A DNA stretch of 64,000 nt, taken from Flaccisagitta enflata. Taxonomy: Eukaryota. The DNA is taken from positions 36,022,001-36,086,000 of the forward strand of contig OZ231126.1 of assembly GCA_965153355.1 (NCBI GenBank). The letters are read 5' to 3'. The notes under the pieces are model-generated. The model had not been told where the DNA came from. It did not search any database and saw only the letters and a list, made by a program, of their open reading frames with translations. The stretch's first letter is position 1. The number at the start of each line of letters is the position of its first letter. Shown here one piece after another: positions 10,880-24,348 of the stretch. Both the position numbers and the translations under genes were made by a program.

Positions 10880-12181
10880 AGGCATGAGTCTGAGAGTAAT
10901 TTGACTGACGTTTGATAAGCCTTGAATAGTCAGCGGAATCATTTTACAACTCGAGTGTGGTAAGAGCTACAGACTTTGGAGTAGTAAGTGACATGTGACC
11001 TGTACGAGTAGGAAATCATTACTTTGAACCCACAATTAAAATCATGGACAAAAGCTCTTATTGATGTTTAATCCGGACCTTTCACAGCTTACCTTAAAAT
11101 CATAAAAAATTCACCTCAAACCTTATCAAAGATTGGCTCAACAGATACAAATCAATAACAAGAAAAATCTTTAATTATCGGCTATTTGTGAAATATGCAA
11201 GTGACAAGTAAGAGTACCTATCTGATATTCCCATTGTAAAAAGCTCATATGAGAGGTTAAAACTATAGATAAGAGCAGTAAGTGTCCTGTGACCTGTGCT
11301 TGCTTGCTTATCAAACATCATGCTTCAATTGTTCTTTCCCATGGTGTTACATCGACTCTTTTCATTTATTGGTTTTTAGTCGCTATGTCCATTTGTCTGT
11401 TGATCGGTCCCCGTATCGCAAAAATTGACTTAACGTAGCATTGTTAAACATCCTGTACAATCTAAACACTATCATCACTCACCCTGCCCACTCGCACGCG
11501 ATTAATAAAGCCGTGTATTCGGCCTGTTTTATTCTTTTAAAACAATGCTGTTTACGCGAACGCCTTCTCTGCTTTTCTTCAGTACAGAGAGTAAAATCTG
11601 TCATTAAACATTTTAACACAAATTTAACCCGACTTGAAATAAACGACACATTGCCTCATGCGCTACTAAAAAATCTTGGATGGATCTGATCAATACGATT
11701 TGAAGCTGTCATCAACTATTATCTTTGACTTAGTCTATTTTCATACATTGGGTTAATCAACACCACCTTTTTAATATTTCTTTTTATGTGTGTTGTCACT
11801 CAAACACGGATCATTATGACGATATCTCCATTATTAAAGCTATGATCTCCCTCCTGGTCTCAATTGACTGAAAAACGATGCCTCCTAACTGCAGATGCGA
11901 GATTTTCATTAATGGCATCGGTCCATCGGATTCTATCAAAAAGCGGCGGCTATTAAAACAAGGCAGACACCTTTCAATCGCGTGCGGTTGTTAAGACCAT
12001 AAGACCAAAAGACTAAAAGTCTAAAATACTAAATGTAGATTGACTTAAAATAACTTTCAATTACTTAAAATGACTTAAAATGATGTAAAACGACTAGAAA
12101 AAGCTAAGCGTGACCAACCGACCGAACGACCGACCAACTGGCCGATCGACTGACCAACCAACCAACAGAGCGGGTCATAGA

Positions 12182-14713
12182 TAGGCCAGTACGAGATATA
12201 GTGACGGTAACGAAATGAGCTGGCTACTTTTTTTTGGCTGAGTAGACCTAAAATATGAAGGTTTGCATCAATTTGGGGGCTGTGGCTTGGTAAAAACCCC
12301 GCGATCAGGCCAAAAAATGAAAATAACCATATTTTGGGCATTTTTTATAGCAATTGTGAGGAAATTTGCTTGAAAATCTTATCATTAACTGTAGAATACC
12401 TATTAAAACTAATTTTTTTTAAATTCTTAAAAGCATCCCTAAGCATGAGCTGTATATCTGACCATTTAAGAAATAGTACCTTATCTTATCCTAGCAAAAT
12501 ATAGTCACAATAAGGAAAATGAGAAATCATTCTGGAACATATCAAAAACAATTTTGTTTCACTGACTTTTCTGTAAAAAGACTCCATTTCAATCTCATTG
12601 ATTAAGATAAGAACAAAGAAAAATTGTTCAACAGTTATCTTTAGTGCATTCAGAAATGTGTAATCGCATAAACTATCATTTGAAAACTAAAATTACATAT
12701 GACAATCAAGAAGGTAAAAAAAAATGTAAATCTGATATTAAGCTGACTAACAATTTTGAATAGTAAATAGGAAAATCAAACAAACAAATTGAATATGCAA
12801 AGAATAAGAATATGTTTTTGGAGGAATGTAATGCAAGTAAAACTGAATCCAATTGAATGATAAAGTTTAGATAAATATAAATCAATAAATAAATGTCAAG
12901 TGGCACTAGCTTTCAGCCATTATAGATTCTGGTCTAACAAATGATCCGTTTTGGGCAGGCTCATCAGGCTGAGTTGGCAATAAATGGTTAGGGGAAAATG
13001 CCATATAAGATGAATGAATGGAAAAATCTGAGTGCAGAATGTGGAGGTAGAACATTAAATCATAAGACCATTTCATATGCAAGCTTTTTTGAAAATGGAT
13101 CACGTCATTGAACAATTGTTTCGCCAAACTAAAACCTTTTTGAAACAAAAGAGCTCTCTCAAAGAGTACTAAATATTGTGTTCTACAATATGAGTAGATA
13201 GCACCTTCAAACATTACTCTGACCTATTTGAGCCAATCAGTTGTCCCCACATAGCTTCAATGACCTCACGATTGAGTGGTGCAAAAACCAAATCTTTCCT
13301 TTTGACATTTTTTGCCAGAGTAACTGAAGGTCTGATTTCAAGGATGTGCTTCCTTTCAAAGTCATCAACATTTTCCTCATTGGGATAGATCCAATATGTT
13401 TTCCCTTGATCATCTTTTGCTCTGGTTTTCAGTGTGGCAAGCGCTTGCACACAAATGCTGTCTTGTTGTGGATCATATGATTGCAACAATCCAAGATTCC
13501 GGCCATCTTCCTGCAATGTGATAACAAATTCTTCTTCTTGTAATGGCCAACTGAAGTCTCTCAGAGGCTCCTCCACAGGTGCCCTAGACCTCTTGGCCTG
13601 CTTATTGGCATCTTGATGTCAGAAGCAACATAGATATCTTCCACAGTTATAATTTCTTGATCAGATGGGTCAACCATGTGCAAAGCAAGCAAATTTTTGT
13701 ATATTTGTTTGGCAGTGATACTGTACTGCTTGAAATAGACAAAATCACTTGGCATTTCTGAAAACAAGGCCTTTTTCAACTTCACTTCTCTGTGCAAAAT
13801 GGCCAACTGATCCTGCTCACTCAGTTTTTTGATTCTGTCATAGCACTTTTTAACCTCAGCTTGAGATGAGAGTGGTGCAATGTACTTGTGCTTTGTTCTG
13901 TTTTGCACACACAAGGAAATCAATTTATTCTTGGCCATATTTCTTGCCAGCTTGTCTGCTTCAGTGTCTGTCAATGCCAATTTGGATTTCATAATCTCCT
14001 TTTAATTTTTTGACCAATTTGCTTCAATTTCATGAACTTCCTTTTGTCTGGCCTTCAGCTCCTTGTCTTTCAACATGTTGGCTCCCTTGTTACCAAATGC
14101 AAGATCTGAACTTGTTTTGAGCACAAGTCTGTCACTGATGGCTCGGAAAGCAGAGCCTCCTTTGCTTTTTCTGAGTATTCCAGAAATTCTGGACCAAATT
14201 CATATTGAATTCCACGTTGTCTGGAGAGAGACACACACACAGACACACAGAGAAAGAAAAGGGAGGGGTGGAGAAAGGAAGGAGAGTGAGAGAGAAGCAG
14301 AGAGGCAAAAAGACAGACAAACAAAAAAGGTTAGAATGGAAAAACTTGATTTCCTTACTATAAATGTGGTTTAACAGTATTTACATTTCATTTTTTTTAC
14401 AGATTTGACAATTTTTTCTTCAAATTTATTGACTAGCAAGTTTTTTTTTAACAACTCAAGCTAGATAACTAGCTGAAATGCTGAAAAAAAAAATGTTTAA
14501 AGACATGTATTGCAATTTTTCCATAAAAAAATCAACAAAAATGCTAAAAAACGTCGCGAAATTGTTTTTTTGAGCTGATCGCGGGTTTTTTTTCAACCAA
14601 TCAAGCTCAGGAAAGTTTCAAACATCATATCTGGGACCTACTCACATGTTTTTTGGGTAGCCAGTGTTCCATTTTCAAAACAATATTTTTTTCAAGAATC
14701 TCGTATCCCCTTA
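12182..14713 (-). mobile_element. Internally deleted hAT-like DNA transposon with 7-bp TSD (possibly hATw group)
   Basis: TSD TCATAGA at 12175-12181 and 14714-14720. Imperfect TIRs TAGGCCAGTACGAGAT / TAAGGGGATACGAGAT (11/16). Mirrored subterminal motifs CTGGCTAC, TGAGTAG and CCCGCGATCAG. A coding remnant lies inside. Confidence 0.8.
13214..14221 (-). pseudogene. Decayed C-terminal exon of a putative transposase
   Basis: After the acceptor TCTCTCTCCAG the frame reads RQRGIQYEFGPEF, then shifts to LRKSKGGSAFRAISDRLVLKTSSD...WSKN*KEIMKSKL...NLLALH. A second shift near 13600 leads to WPLQEEEFVITL...YWIYPNEENVD...ILEIRP and the stop at 13214. It has one in-frame stop and two frame changes, and lies inside a TIR/TSD element. 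Confidence 0.65.
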
Positions 14714-14837
14714 TCATAGAGTATGTCATAGAGTATGTCATGCGACTAAAAACCTAGTTTTCGCAAAAACGTCCGACATACAAATGAATGGACAAACCAG
14801 CTAAATGGCCTCTAAAAGAGATACAGGAGGGAATCTA

Positions 14838-15054
14838 AACAAGGCCGGATGCATGGCTACCCAAGTCGAGTGCGGGTGGGCAAAGGCCGTATTTGAATTC
14901 ATTTGATCACTTTGGCAGGAGCAGTGAGGCTAAAGACCGTAAAAACCAAAAAAAAAGTAAAGTGTGATGGACGGATAGATGGACGGACGAACGGACGGAT
15001 GGACTGATAGAAGGACAAAGCGGGGTGTAGAGTCGCGTAGCACGCGACTAAAAA
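14838..15054 (-). mobile_element. HINE family A, reverse
   Basis: AACAAGGCCGGATGCATGGCTACCCAAGTCG...(GGAC)n...GGGGTGTAGAGTCGCGTAGCACGCGACTAAAAA. Confidence 0.75.
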
Positions 15055-15783
15055 GAAGAGATTCAGCTTTAGTCAGCCTCTTGATATGGTTCATTCCGGC
15101 ATAACTTAAGTTACATCGTTACCAACGCGACCTTTCTCGTGGTGAGAGCCATAAGCCTCTTTTTCTTCGATGGCGTCACTCGGATTCCCTCAGCCTCAGG
15201 TGCTCGTGTGAAGTGGAATAATCCAGCGTAAGTCGTTCACGGAAGACAATCCACGTTTCCGGCAGGTAGGGATTTCTGCCATTTTCCGTTGTTATTGTAA
15301 GCCACTGAGGATTGTCGTCTGTCGCCAACGTCAACAAATGCCGCTTAGCGAGTCCAAATTCACATGACTATAACTATTTTAGGTAAACTTCCTCTCGCGA
15401 AACGGTGATATTAATGAAAGAAGCGAGCGATACGTAAGTTAATATGTCATGTAATGATCTCGCTTATGTCTGAAAGGGAAAATGAATGGATGATGATTGG
15501 ATTAGAACCAACGACTACTAGTATTCGTGGGCGTGGTTATAATATAAATCTTCACGACCTTGAACATCAAGCCTGATCACTGTGACCGGTTGTATCACTT
15601 GAGAGCGAGGTAAAACGGATTTTTTTAATTGTCAATCTTGATCCCTGAGGATTCATTTTTCTAATCTCATTAGGATGGACGAAGCAAAATCGTCTGATCA
15701 AAGAGAAAGAGGAAAAGAGAAGAAAAAAATTTAGAAAGATGAAAAACAAAATTGATTCTGATCGTTTCCTTTATTACCTAAAC

Positions 15784-15926
<143 letters not shown>

Positions 15927-16127
15927 TTTCACTTAAAAGGAAGCAAAAGAGAAATGATAAACGAGTAAATAATGATTCCTTGCCTCAAACTTTCCCAGGC
16001 TGTTGGTTTGGGAAAGTAGAAATGAGATCCAGTCCCAGCAGATTTCAAATGATAGCCGAAAAAATATGACAAAAAAGCGTCTACCATTGGGCATGGTCCT
16101 TAATTGTACATTTCATCATCTTCCTTC

Positions 16128-16649
16128 TTAACAGTCAGTGGACAAATGAAAGTGGATAACTTACTCTGTTGACTTTGATCCAACATGCTGGTCATTAATG
16201 AAATTTTGTATACATGATAGGTGGAACAACATCCCTCACTATACCCAAACTAAAATAGATGGAAGAGGGCCTTGTGAGCCCTCACTGACTTGTTACTACG
16301 CGCATCACTCCTAGTTTTCCATAAAACAGAATTTGAATAACACTCTCTCTCACTCTAACCCAAAGAAAACTCCTTACTAAAATAGTTAAGGGCTAATGTC
16401 TATTACCTTTGTCACCAAAATTCAACACTAGTTGTTGAGGTACAAATGAACAAATCCACGAGGTATTTTATTTTAAAGACTTTCTAAGTGGGTTTTTATT
16501 TAGATTTAGGGGAAGGGTGAGGGCTAGGGATGGGGTTGAGGATAGTTTTAGGGTTAGCTCTATATAAAGTTTTGTTTATTACCAGTAGGTTAGATCAAAA
16601 CCAACGGAGTTAGTTGTTCACCTTTTGCGTTTCATTCAATGACTGTCAA
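16128..16649. mobile_element. Old TIR element (~70-bp imperfect inverted ends) with a nested interspersed repeat
   Basis: TTAACAGTCA...TTTGATCCAACATGCTGG is mirrored by CCAGTAGGTTAGATCAAA...TGACTGTCAA. The nested 16216-16314 segment recurs in reverse at ~3800-3880 and 42477-42575. Confidence 0.55.
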
Positions 16650-17402
16650 GGTAGTTTCATTAATCATCATCTTACTGTTGAGATGATTCACCCAAGAGAT
16701 AAAATTATTTTCCCTTGGCATCCGTTAGGCCCTAGAGCGGGGTTCAAATGTATTTCCAATAACTAAGATTGGTGATAAATGCGGGCTTCCAAATATCTTG
16801 GCAGAGTCTTCACTCGCTTTCTAAGCGCCTGAGCGAGACAGCGAGAGTGATATGATGATGAGTAAGTGGTGGCCAGGACGGCAGTTATCACGAGGATCTT
16901 CACGGCTTAGGTTCTCCCATTGAACGTTGTGAGACTGAGAGGACCCGTAACACGTAGAGATAAAGTAACTTGCAATGGATCATTTGTGGGTAGAGGCTTG
17001 TTTTTCATTACTTGCAACAATAGGCAGTATACCTATCATTTGGTTGAATTTGATTATATATCATCGATTAATTAAAACCCAATGATTGATTAGGCATTCT
17101 CAATATTTGTCTGGATGTTAAGCTTTGATTGCCATTTTCGTGAAACGCCGCGATGAACGTAAGGAGTTCAACCCAAACGTTCCTCGTCCTACGATCCCAT
17201 TCAGCGTCCCTCGAGACACGTTGAATCCCTCGATAAAACAACCGGGCTAGCCCTGAGATCTTTCGTATTGTCTGTCTTTCTGTTTCCTTGACTTTCTACC
17301 CTACTTTCTGTTTCATACACTTTCCAACAATCTTTTAAGTAAATTAAAAGCATATCATTAAAAAAAATTCTCGTGTTTTCTGTGAAGGTCAAACGCCAAC
17401 CG

Positions 17403-17484
<82 letters not shown>

Positions 17485-18247
17485 CTCACTTTTCCCGATA
17501 AAACAAAGTTGCCGCTCCATTACGACGAGAAAATGACCAAATTTGCCCAACCTGGAATCCCTAGAATCTCGAAGTGGAGATGAAGGGAAGGGATCGCTGC
17601 GCCCCGGAGTGTGTGGAGAAAATTCCTCTGCCGGATTAAAATGTGATGAATACAAAGTGAACATTCTCAAATGAGATGTTAAACTATTATGCAGTATCAA
17701 TCTTTTATTCTTAGATACATTATCTATATGCCTAGGAATTATTCTACTCCAAAGGTACTACATTTGAAATTTGTTAGATAAAGAATTCATTCGTCTGAGT
17801 TGAATAGTTTGTCTATAACAACAGTTTGAAGTAAAATGAGTGTTTCCAGCGTAAGCTTGAGTATTTGGGTTTTTTTATTGAGACAATTTTTATTTGAATA
17901 ATTCTAATTCTTAAATGGCTGTAGCCATATTACCAATTTACTCTCAATTAAAGGATAATCGAATTATCTTTAGGTTAAGACAAACCAGGCTTAAAGCTTT
18001 GAGGAAATGAGAACAAATAAGAAATGAACCTGTCTCATTAAATAGAATTGTGGCTAAAAATGAGCTTCATCTGATGATGCCATTTTTATTTGATAGCGTA
18101 TATTCTAGATTTATAAAAAGTTGCACCAAGGAGTAAAGGATTAGTACTTTTTTTGCACTGGACAATGTTCACACTGTATGCCACGTGGTCTGCTTAAGGG
18201 CCGTTTGTATGTATTTACAAGTACAATCTGATTGAATGAGTGATTGA

Positions 18248-18360
<113 letters not shown>

Positions 18361-19491
18361 AGGAAGGAAGGGAGAAAGAAAAAGAAAGGAAGACGTAGAT
18401 CGAAGAAAAAAGAACATGAACCAGGGTTTGACAGTGATGCACGGACGGTTATTCTTTCCATGGAAGGTGTAGTGAGCGATGTTCCGAAATCCCGCACATA
18501 TTGGGCGCCTCGACCTCAGCTCGGTCCGGGCACGAATCACCGGCGCTGCAAAGATAGATGTTCATCTTACGAGCGCAAGCGCGAGATTAATGCTTCATCT
18601 TCAAGCCCTCCTCTTGAACGAAACGTCGATTTATCTTTTATACGGTTTGTCTCATGGTGGTGATCTATCGGTTCCATAGACAGTGGGCAGACGGAGTGTA
18701 GTTACTCGTTTAAAAAGCAGCTTGGTTTTAGTCTCTGACGAGGGTCAGAGATTGGGGGAGTCACAACGACGCATCATCGCGTCCATACATTACTTGGAAA
18801 AAAGTCGAAGAGACGAAGTCCCTTCGGTCTTTTTGAGTCCTGCAGAGAAAAACGGATTTCCCTTCGTTTTATGAAGCGCTTGGGAAAGTTGCTGCATTTT
18901 GGGGGCAGAATGGGACTACGCATGAAATTAATAGCTAAGAAAGAGCTAATTCTCCTCTTTCAGATGACGCCAAGAATTCTGTGCAATCAATAGTTTCGGA
19001 GCTATGATTTTTTAAATCTTTTTTTATTTTTTCGCATTTTTCGCATTTTTCCCAAAAATGAGGAATCGAGTTAGTTGAAGTCTATTTGAACTTCGAAATG
19101 TTCAAGGTGATGATTGTGCATCCTGGTAGCACAGTCTCTCTCTCGTTTGAACTCTGGAGGCTTTGTCCGTCAGTCCACATCAGTCTGTTGGTCTGTCTGT
19201 CTGTATGAGTGGAAAAATGGAAAAACAAGTGGTCTAGATGCTCTTGTGTGGGGATTGGGGTTGGGGCGTGGATGAGGGTTGGATGACTTTGTCTGAATGT
19301 CCGCAACAATATTGTAACCCCGTATTACATGTTTTTCTCTGTTTTTCTCTCTGTCTCTCTCTCCCCCTCTGTCTCTCTCTCCCCCTCTCTCCCCCTCTGT
19401 TTCTTTCTGCCTTGTTTTTGTGTTTGTAAGTCTGTCAGTCTGTCACTGTGTCTCTCTCTGTCTCTCTGTTTCTGCCTCTTTGCCTCTCTGC

Positions 19492-19528
<37 letters not shown>

Positions 19529-19600
19529 TCTCGCTCTCTCGCTCTCTCGCTCTCTCGCTCTCTTGCTCTGTCTCTGTCTCTGTCTCTGTCTGTCTCTCTG

Positions 19601-19757
<157 letters not shown>

Positions 19758-20519
19758 TTCTCTCAGCATTTACGACTTTTTTCTTACGGCGATTAGCCGC
19801 ACTTATTGTACTATACAATACATTTCGACTGATTCAGTTCGAGTTGGTTGTTTTTAACTTTATGTGGGGTACAACTGTACCTTCATTCAGATTTGACAGT
19901 CGTAAGATCTTGTCACAATAATTGACGTCATGACATTTGAGTCTTGAAGACTGATTTTCTTTTTTAATTTTCTTTTTTAATTCACCAAAAAAGTACAAAA
20001 CCGATGATTTAGGGATGCCTGAACAAAGGCCTCAATATGCCTTTTTGTCTTTGTTATTTTTCTACAGCAATGAACTCACTTGAGAGTTAAGAGAGAGATC
20101 AGACGTTGCGACCTTTTGCTTCATGATTCATGGCAAGGCGAGAATGAATAAAAAAAAAACTTGCAATCGCAAACTTTGTGAGAAAGAAGCAAAATTTTGA
20201 GTTTCCTTTTTCTCTTTTGCGTGTTTTTTTCTCTCTGTTTTTTTTTTTTTTTTTTTTGTGTGTGTGTTCCTTCATCTACCAACAATTTATCACCAACATT
20301 CGCTCAAACAACTTCCGTTTCATATTCACCTCTCCACTGTGCACCATTTCTAATGATGATTGACCCTTTAAAAATTTCGTTTACAAAGCATGAGGTTGAA
20401 GATGATTGGGTGTACCACGAGTATCAAAAAAACAAACAAGGCCAACACCTTACAGTCGCGTGCGGTTGTTAAGACCATAAGACTAGTGTTCGCAAAAGCA
20501 GTGGATTTTTTTACTGCTA

Positions 20520-20933
20520 CTAAGCGAATGAAAAAAAAGCCGCACCCTTTTGTAGCTGAGTGGAAGAGATACAAAAAATTAGTTCAAAATTTTTTTGTCC
20601 AACTGATTTTAAATATTTTTGAATTTTCTTTCATTCTTGCCCAACCCCAGGTCTGTATCTTAAACCGCTTAGGAGATAGAGCTTGCCAAAGTGGACCTCT
20701 ATTTTGCAAAAATGCTCATTTTTCAATAGGATTGCAAAACTGAATTAAAGTGGGAATGTTTTCACTTTTTTTTTATGCCATTTCTAAACAAAAAAAGCTA
20801 GAAATACCAGATTGAAGCCAAATGAAAGCTCTTTTTGAGATCTTTAAAATGGTGTAAGATTTTGTTTAATTACTTTGAAATTTAATATGATAAATTGTCA
20901 TTTAAAAGTGCGGCTTTTTTATGATTTGCGTAG
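20520..20933 (+). mobile_element. TA-flanked (Tc1/mariner-type) MITE
   Basis: TIR CTAAGCGAAT..AAAAAAAGCCGCAC / GTGCGGCTTTTTTATGATTTGCGTAG. The TA is duplicated inside a CTGCTAGCAG motif. Homologous to 25067-25431. Confidence 0.75.
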
Positions 20934-21506
20934 TAGCAGAAAGCAGAAACATTATTTATCTGCTAGCACTGCTAGCAATCAGAAGCAGTTCTAAGTGTAT
21001 ATGTAAACTAAATGTTTCACCAATTTAAAATGTTTAAAAACTAAAATGGGACAAAGTTTAAGAGGTTTTAAAATCATTTGTATCAAAGTGGTTTAATAAC
21101 CAGGTCAGATACACAGAACCACAGTCGCAGAGGGCAGAGCAGGGGCAACAATGAAAAACAAAATCCTCATAATTCAATGTTATGGATCAAGCAATCACAG
21201 CCAGGTCTATTTGTGTGTCAGCCAATAAAAAACTGTGCATAACAATCACTTGGTTTTTAATGAATAATGATGGAGGAAGCCAGAATGACAATATTTTTGT
21301 ATGGCACAATTACCTTATCCACAATCAATGTATTGAGCAGTTCAGCTATACATTGCAAACTCTACCTCCACCAAAATTGGTGTTGACTTAGCTGAAAAAT
21401 GCCTTTAAAAGCAACTGTAATAACCTGTATTTTTTGCAGTCTTGAGTCCAATCAAGATCATTAATTCAACATGGCAACAAGCATGTTTCTTTGATTCTAC
21501 TCTGTA

Positions 21507-21628
21507 CAGCGGCGTAGGAGGAGGGACTTCCGGGACTTCCATGGAAGTCCCTGTTGTCGGGACACCAAAGTTGTCGGGACACCAAGGAAGAAAGGAAGAA
21601 AAAGAAAGGAAAAAGGAAAAAGAAAAAG

Positions 21629-21701
<73 letters not shown>

Positions 21702-22318
21702 TCAGAGAGCGAGACAGAGAGAGACAGGAAGAGACATACAGACAAACAGACAGATAGACTGAGACAGACAGAAAGAAAAAAAGAAAGTAAAAAAGAAGAC
21801 ATACTGAATAATATATTTGCATGTATGGTAGAAATTGACATGTCATGAAATACTCACCAAGGTTATGTATTTGCATTCTTAAAATTCTGATTACTTATAC
21901 TCCTTCAGTCAAAATCAAAGGTGCAAGAACCAATCTTCTTTTTTACATATTTCAGTCAATGCAACAATTATCATAAGAGGTCTAAATTTATAAAGCAATC
22001 AAAATTCAGTGGTTTTCAGGCTTTATTTGCCTAAAAAGAGGGATGTAGGGGAGCGAATTGGGTAAAAGAAAAAAAAAAACAGATATCAAGCTGTGGACTA
22101 TCTAAGAGTGAAAAAAAAATTATGTTCTCCCTTACCAGGTGTAATTAGGCTCAATCCCGCTTATCTAAGATCTCAAACAAAACAAGAGTATCATAGTAAT
22201 AACTATTTCTTGCTATTTTAAAGCGAAAACTATTTCATTTTTCTGTTGGGACACCAAATTTGTCGGACACTAGTTGGAGGGTGGAAGTCCCAAAAAATCC
22301 AGGTCTCCTACGCCGCTG
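21507..22318. mobile_element. hAT-type MITE with perfect 8-bp TSD
   Basis: 14-bp TIR CAGCGGCGTAGGAG. TSD ACTCTGTA at 21499-21506 and 22319-22326. Subterminal GGGACTTCC/GGAAGTCCC and GGGACACCAAA repeats; internal (GA)n. Confidence 0.88.
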
Positions 22319-23441
22319 ACTCTGTATCCTATAAATTCAAGTTGATTGCCCTGAATAGCCTTTACATATTCTTAAATGTAATGATTTCTGAAAAGAATAG
22401 AATTTTGAATCATCAAAATCAAATAACAAAAAAACACAAAAGAAATCTTTAAAGATGATTAAAACGAATTTTTACTGCAAAATTGGACATAAAAATATTG
22501 AACTATGGGGATTTTCACTGCTTCTTACTGCTAGCAGCTGAAAATTTTCTGCCAGCAGAGCAGTTCCAGATTTCTGCTAGCAGCTCTGCTAGCAAATTGC
22601 CTGCTCGTGCGAACACAACATGATAAGACCAAAAGACTAGATGACTAAAAGACCAAAAGACTAAAAGACTAAATGTAAATTTTCTTGGAAAAACTTAAAA
22701 TTACTTAAAATGACTTAAATTACGTAAAATGGCAAAAAAAAAAAGCAATGTACGATGGACCAACCGACCGGCTGACAGACAGATGGACAGAGCGGGTGCA
22801 CGCAACTAAAAAGACACACCCATCTTTTCATTGATAAAACAGCTACAAAAAATGAATAAAAATTTTTTTTCAAAAGAAATATTTTCAAAGATTTTCAAAA
22901 AATCTTTCAATCTAGAGCCTCCTAGAGAGAAGCTCTATTTTGCTGAAATGCAATTTTTACGTAGGGATTGTGAAAATGAAAATGCAAAGTTTTCATTCAA
23001 ATTATCGCCATTTCTAAACGTAAAAAGACCATTCTTGCCATTTTCTTTATTCCTTTGTTTTGCTAAGTTTAGAGTAAAAGCTCCAACTAGACTCCACAAA
23101 TCATTAAAAATAGATGACATAAATGAAGGCCTTCGAATTTGCAGGCAGTCTATGGAAACCGCAACTGTCTAGCTCAACTCATTTAGATGTAGTTTTAAAA
23201 AGAGTGAAGTGTTTTGTTTAAGAGTTATGTAGAAATGGCAAAAGCTAAATTGAAAGATTTAGAGGGTTAGAGTTAGAGACATGCGGTTTGGGTAGATCGC
23301 TTGCAAATTTGAAGGGCGTATATTTCGTCACCAATTTTTAAAGATTGGGCGCATAAAATCAGAGATATCTGTTAAAATGTGAGTAAAAATTTCTTTTTCC
23401 AACATAGTAAGCTATTCAAAAGTGCGTCTTTTTTGTTGATA

Positions 23442-24114
23442 CTACTCGACTCAATAAAAAGACTTTTTAAAAGACTTTTAAAAGACAAATTGTCATATTG
23501 AATTTCAAAATTATTAATTAAAATCTTAAACCATAAGAAAGTTCTTGAAAAGATCTTTCATTTGGCTCTAATCATGTGTAAAAATGAATGCCGCTGGGAC
23601 AGCCTAAAAGGGGGTATTACCCTATATATTTCACTGATTTCAGAAAAAGTTAATCTTTTGAATTTTTTTTTCTAACACTTAAGTGGAAAGGCGGAAACAA
23701 TTTTTAATAGGAGGAAGAACAAGACAACAACTTCCTTCCTCGATTTTTCATAAGTCTTCAATGTTTAAACATGTAGTTTCCTTACAATTGAGCATAACTT
23801 ATTGTTTAGATGACAAAAACAAAGAAAAAGAAAGCGGCGGCTTATGAATTCCGGTATGCTGGCATGAGAATGAGTAGAAATATTGTCATCATCAGTTTGC
23901 AATCCTACTAGGAAACGAGCATTTTTACAAATTAAAAGATAACTTTAACAAGCTCTAGCTCTTAAACCGTTTGAGATACATACCTGGGATTGGTCTAGAA
24001 GGAAAGAAAATTTGAAAATCTTTAAAATCACTTCAAAAGAAAAATGTTCAAAAGATTTCTTTTTCTCATTCATCAACTCAAAATAGGGTGCGGATCTTTT
24101 TTTGAGTCGAGTAG
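23442..24114 (-). mobile_element. TA-flanked MITE related to 20520-20933
   Basis: TIR CTACTCGACTCAA.AAAAAGA / TCTTTTTTTGAGTCGAGTAG with TA on both sides. The interior is reverse-homologous to the 20520 element. Confidence 0.75.
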
Positions 24115-24348
24115 TACGCGTGGTTCCTTAGAATTTTCTAAAGGTGTATTCCATGATATTTCAGCTTTACGGCCCCTGCCCAGCTACATTGCAGCCCCAG
24201 TCCACCAACATACATCCCCTGCCCGTCCGCAAGCGACTACCGTGTATCCGGCCTTGTTTTGATTGAAATGAATAAAGTATCTTGTAAATTGATGATATGA
24301 TTCAATTTCCACGCAATTCTCCAATATCATTTCCTTAACATAACACAG

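Larger units (their letters stand above)
11957..14752 (-). mobile_element. HINE family A (reverse) split by a 2.5-kb DNA transposon
   Basis: AACAAGGC...TCGCGTGCGG at 11957 and (GACC)n up to 12170. The element resumes at 14714 and ends TGCGACTAAAAA. Confidence 0.7.
20484..22618. mobile_element. hAT-type non-autonomous element with CTGCTAGCAG subterminal repeats
   Basis: TIRs TAGTGTTCGCAAAAGCAG / TTGTGTTCGCACGAGCAG. Flanked by CATAAGAC and CAT(GAT)AAGAC, a degenerate 8-bp TSD. Confidence 0.7.
20435..22812 (-). mobile_element. HINE family A (reverse) split by nested DNA transposons
   Basis: AACAAGGCCAACACCTTACAGTCGCGTGCGG at 20435. It resumes at 22619 with AAGACYAA repeats and ends GTGCACGCAACTAAAAA. 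An empty-site equivalent is at ~11990-12020. Confidence 0.7.

Noticed and set aside
16350..16560. Telomere-like TAACCC/GGGTTAG motifs
   Set aside because: These are a few degenerate copies internal to a TIR element, not an array.
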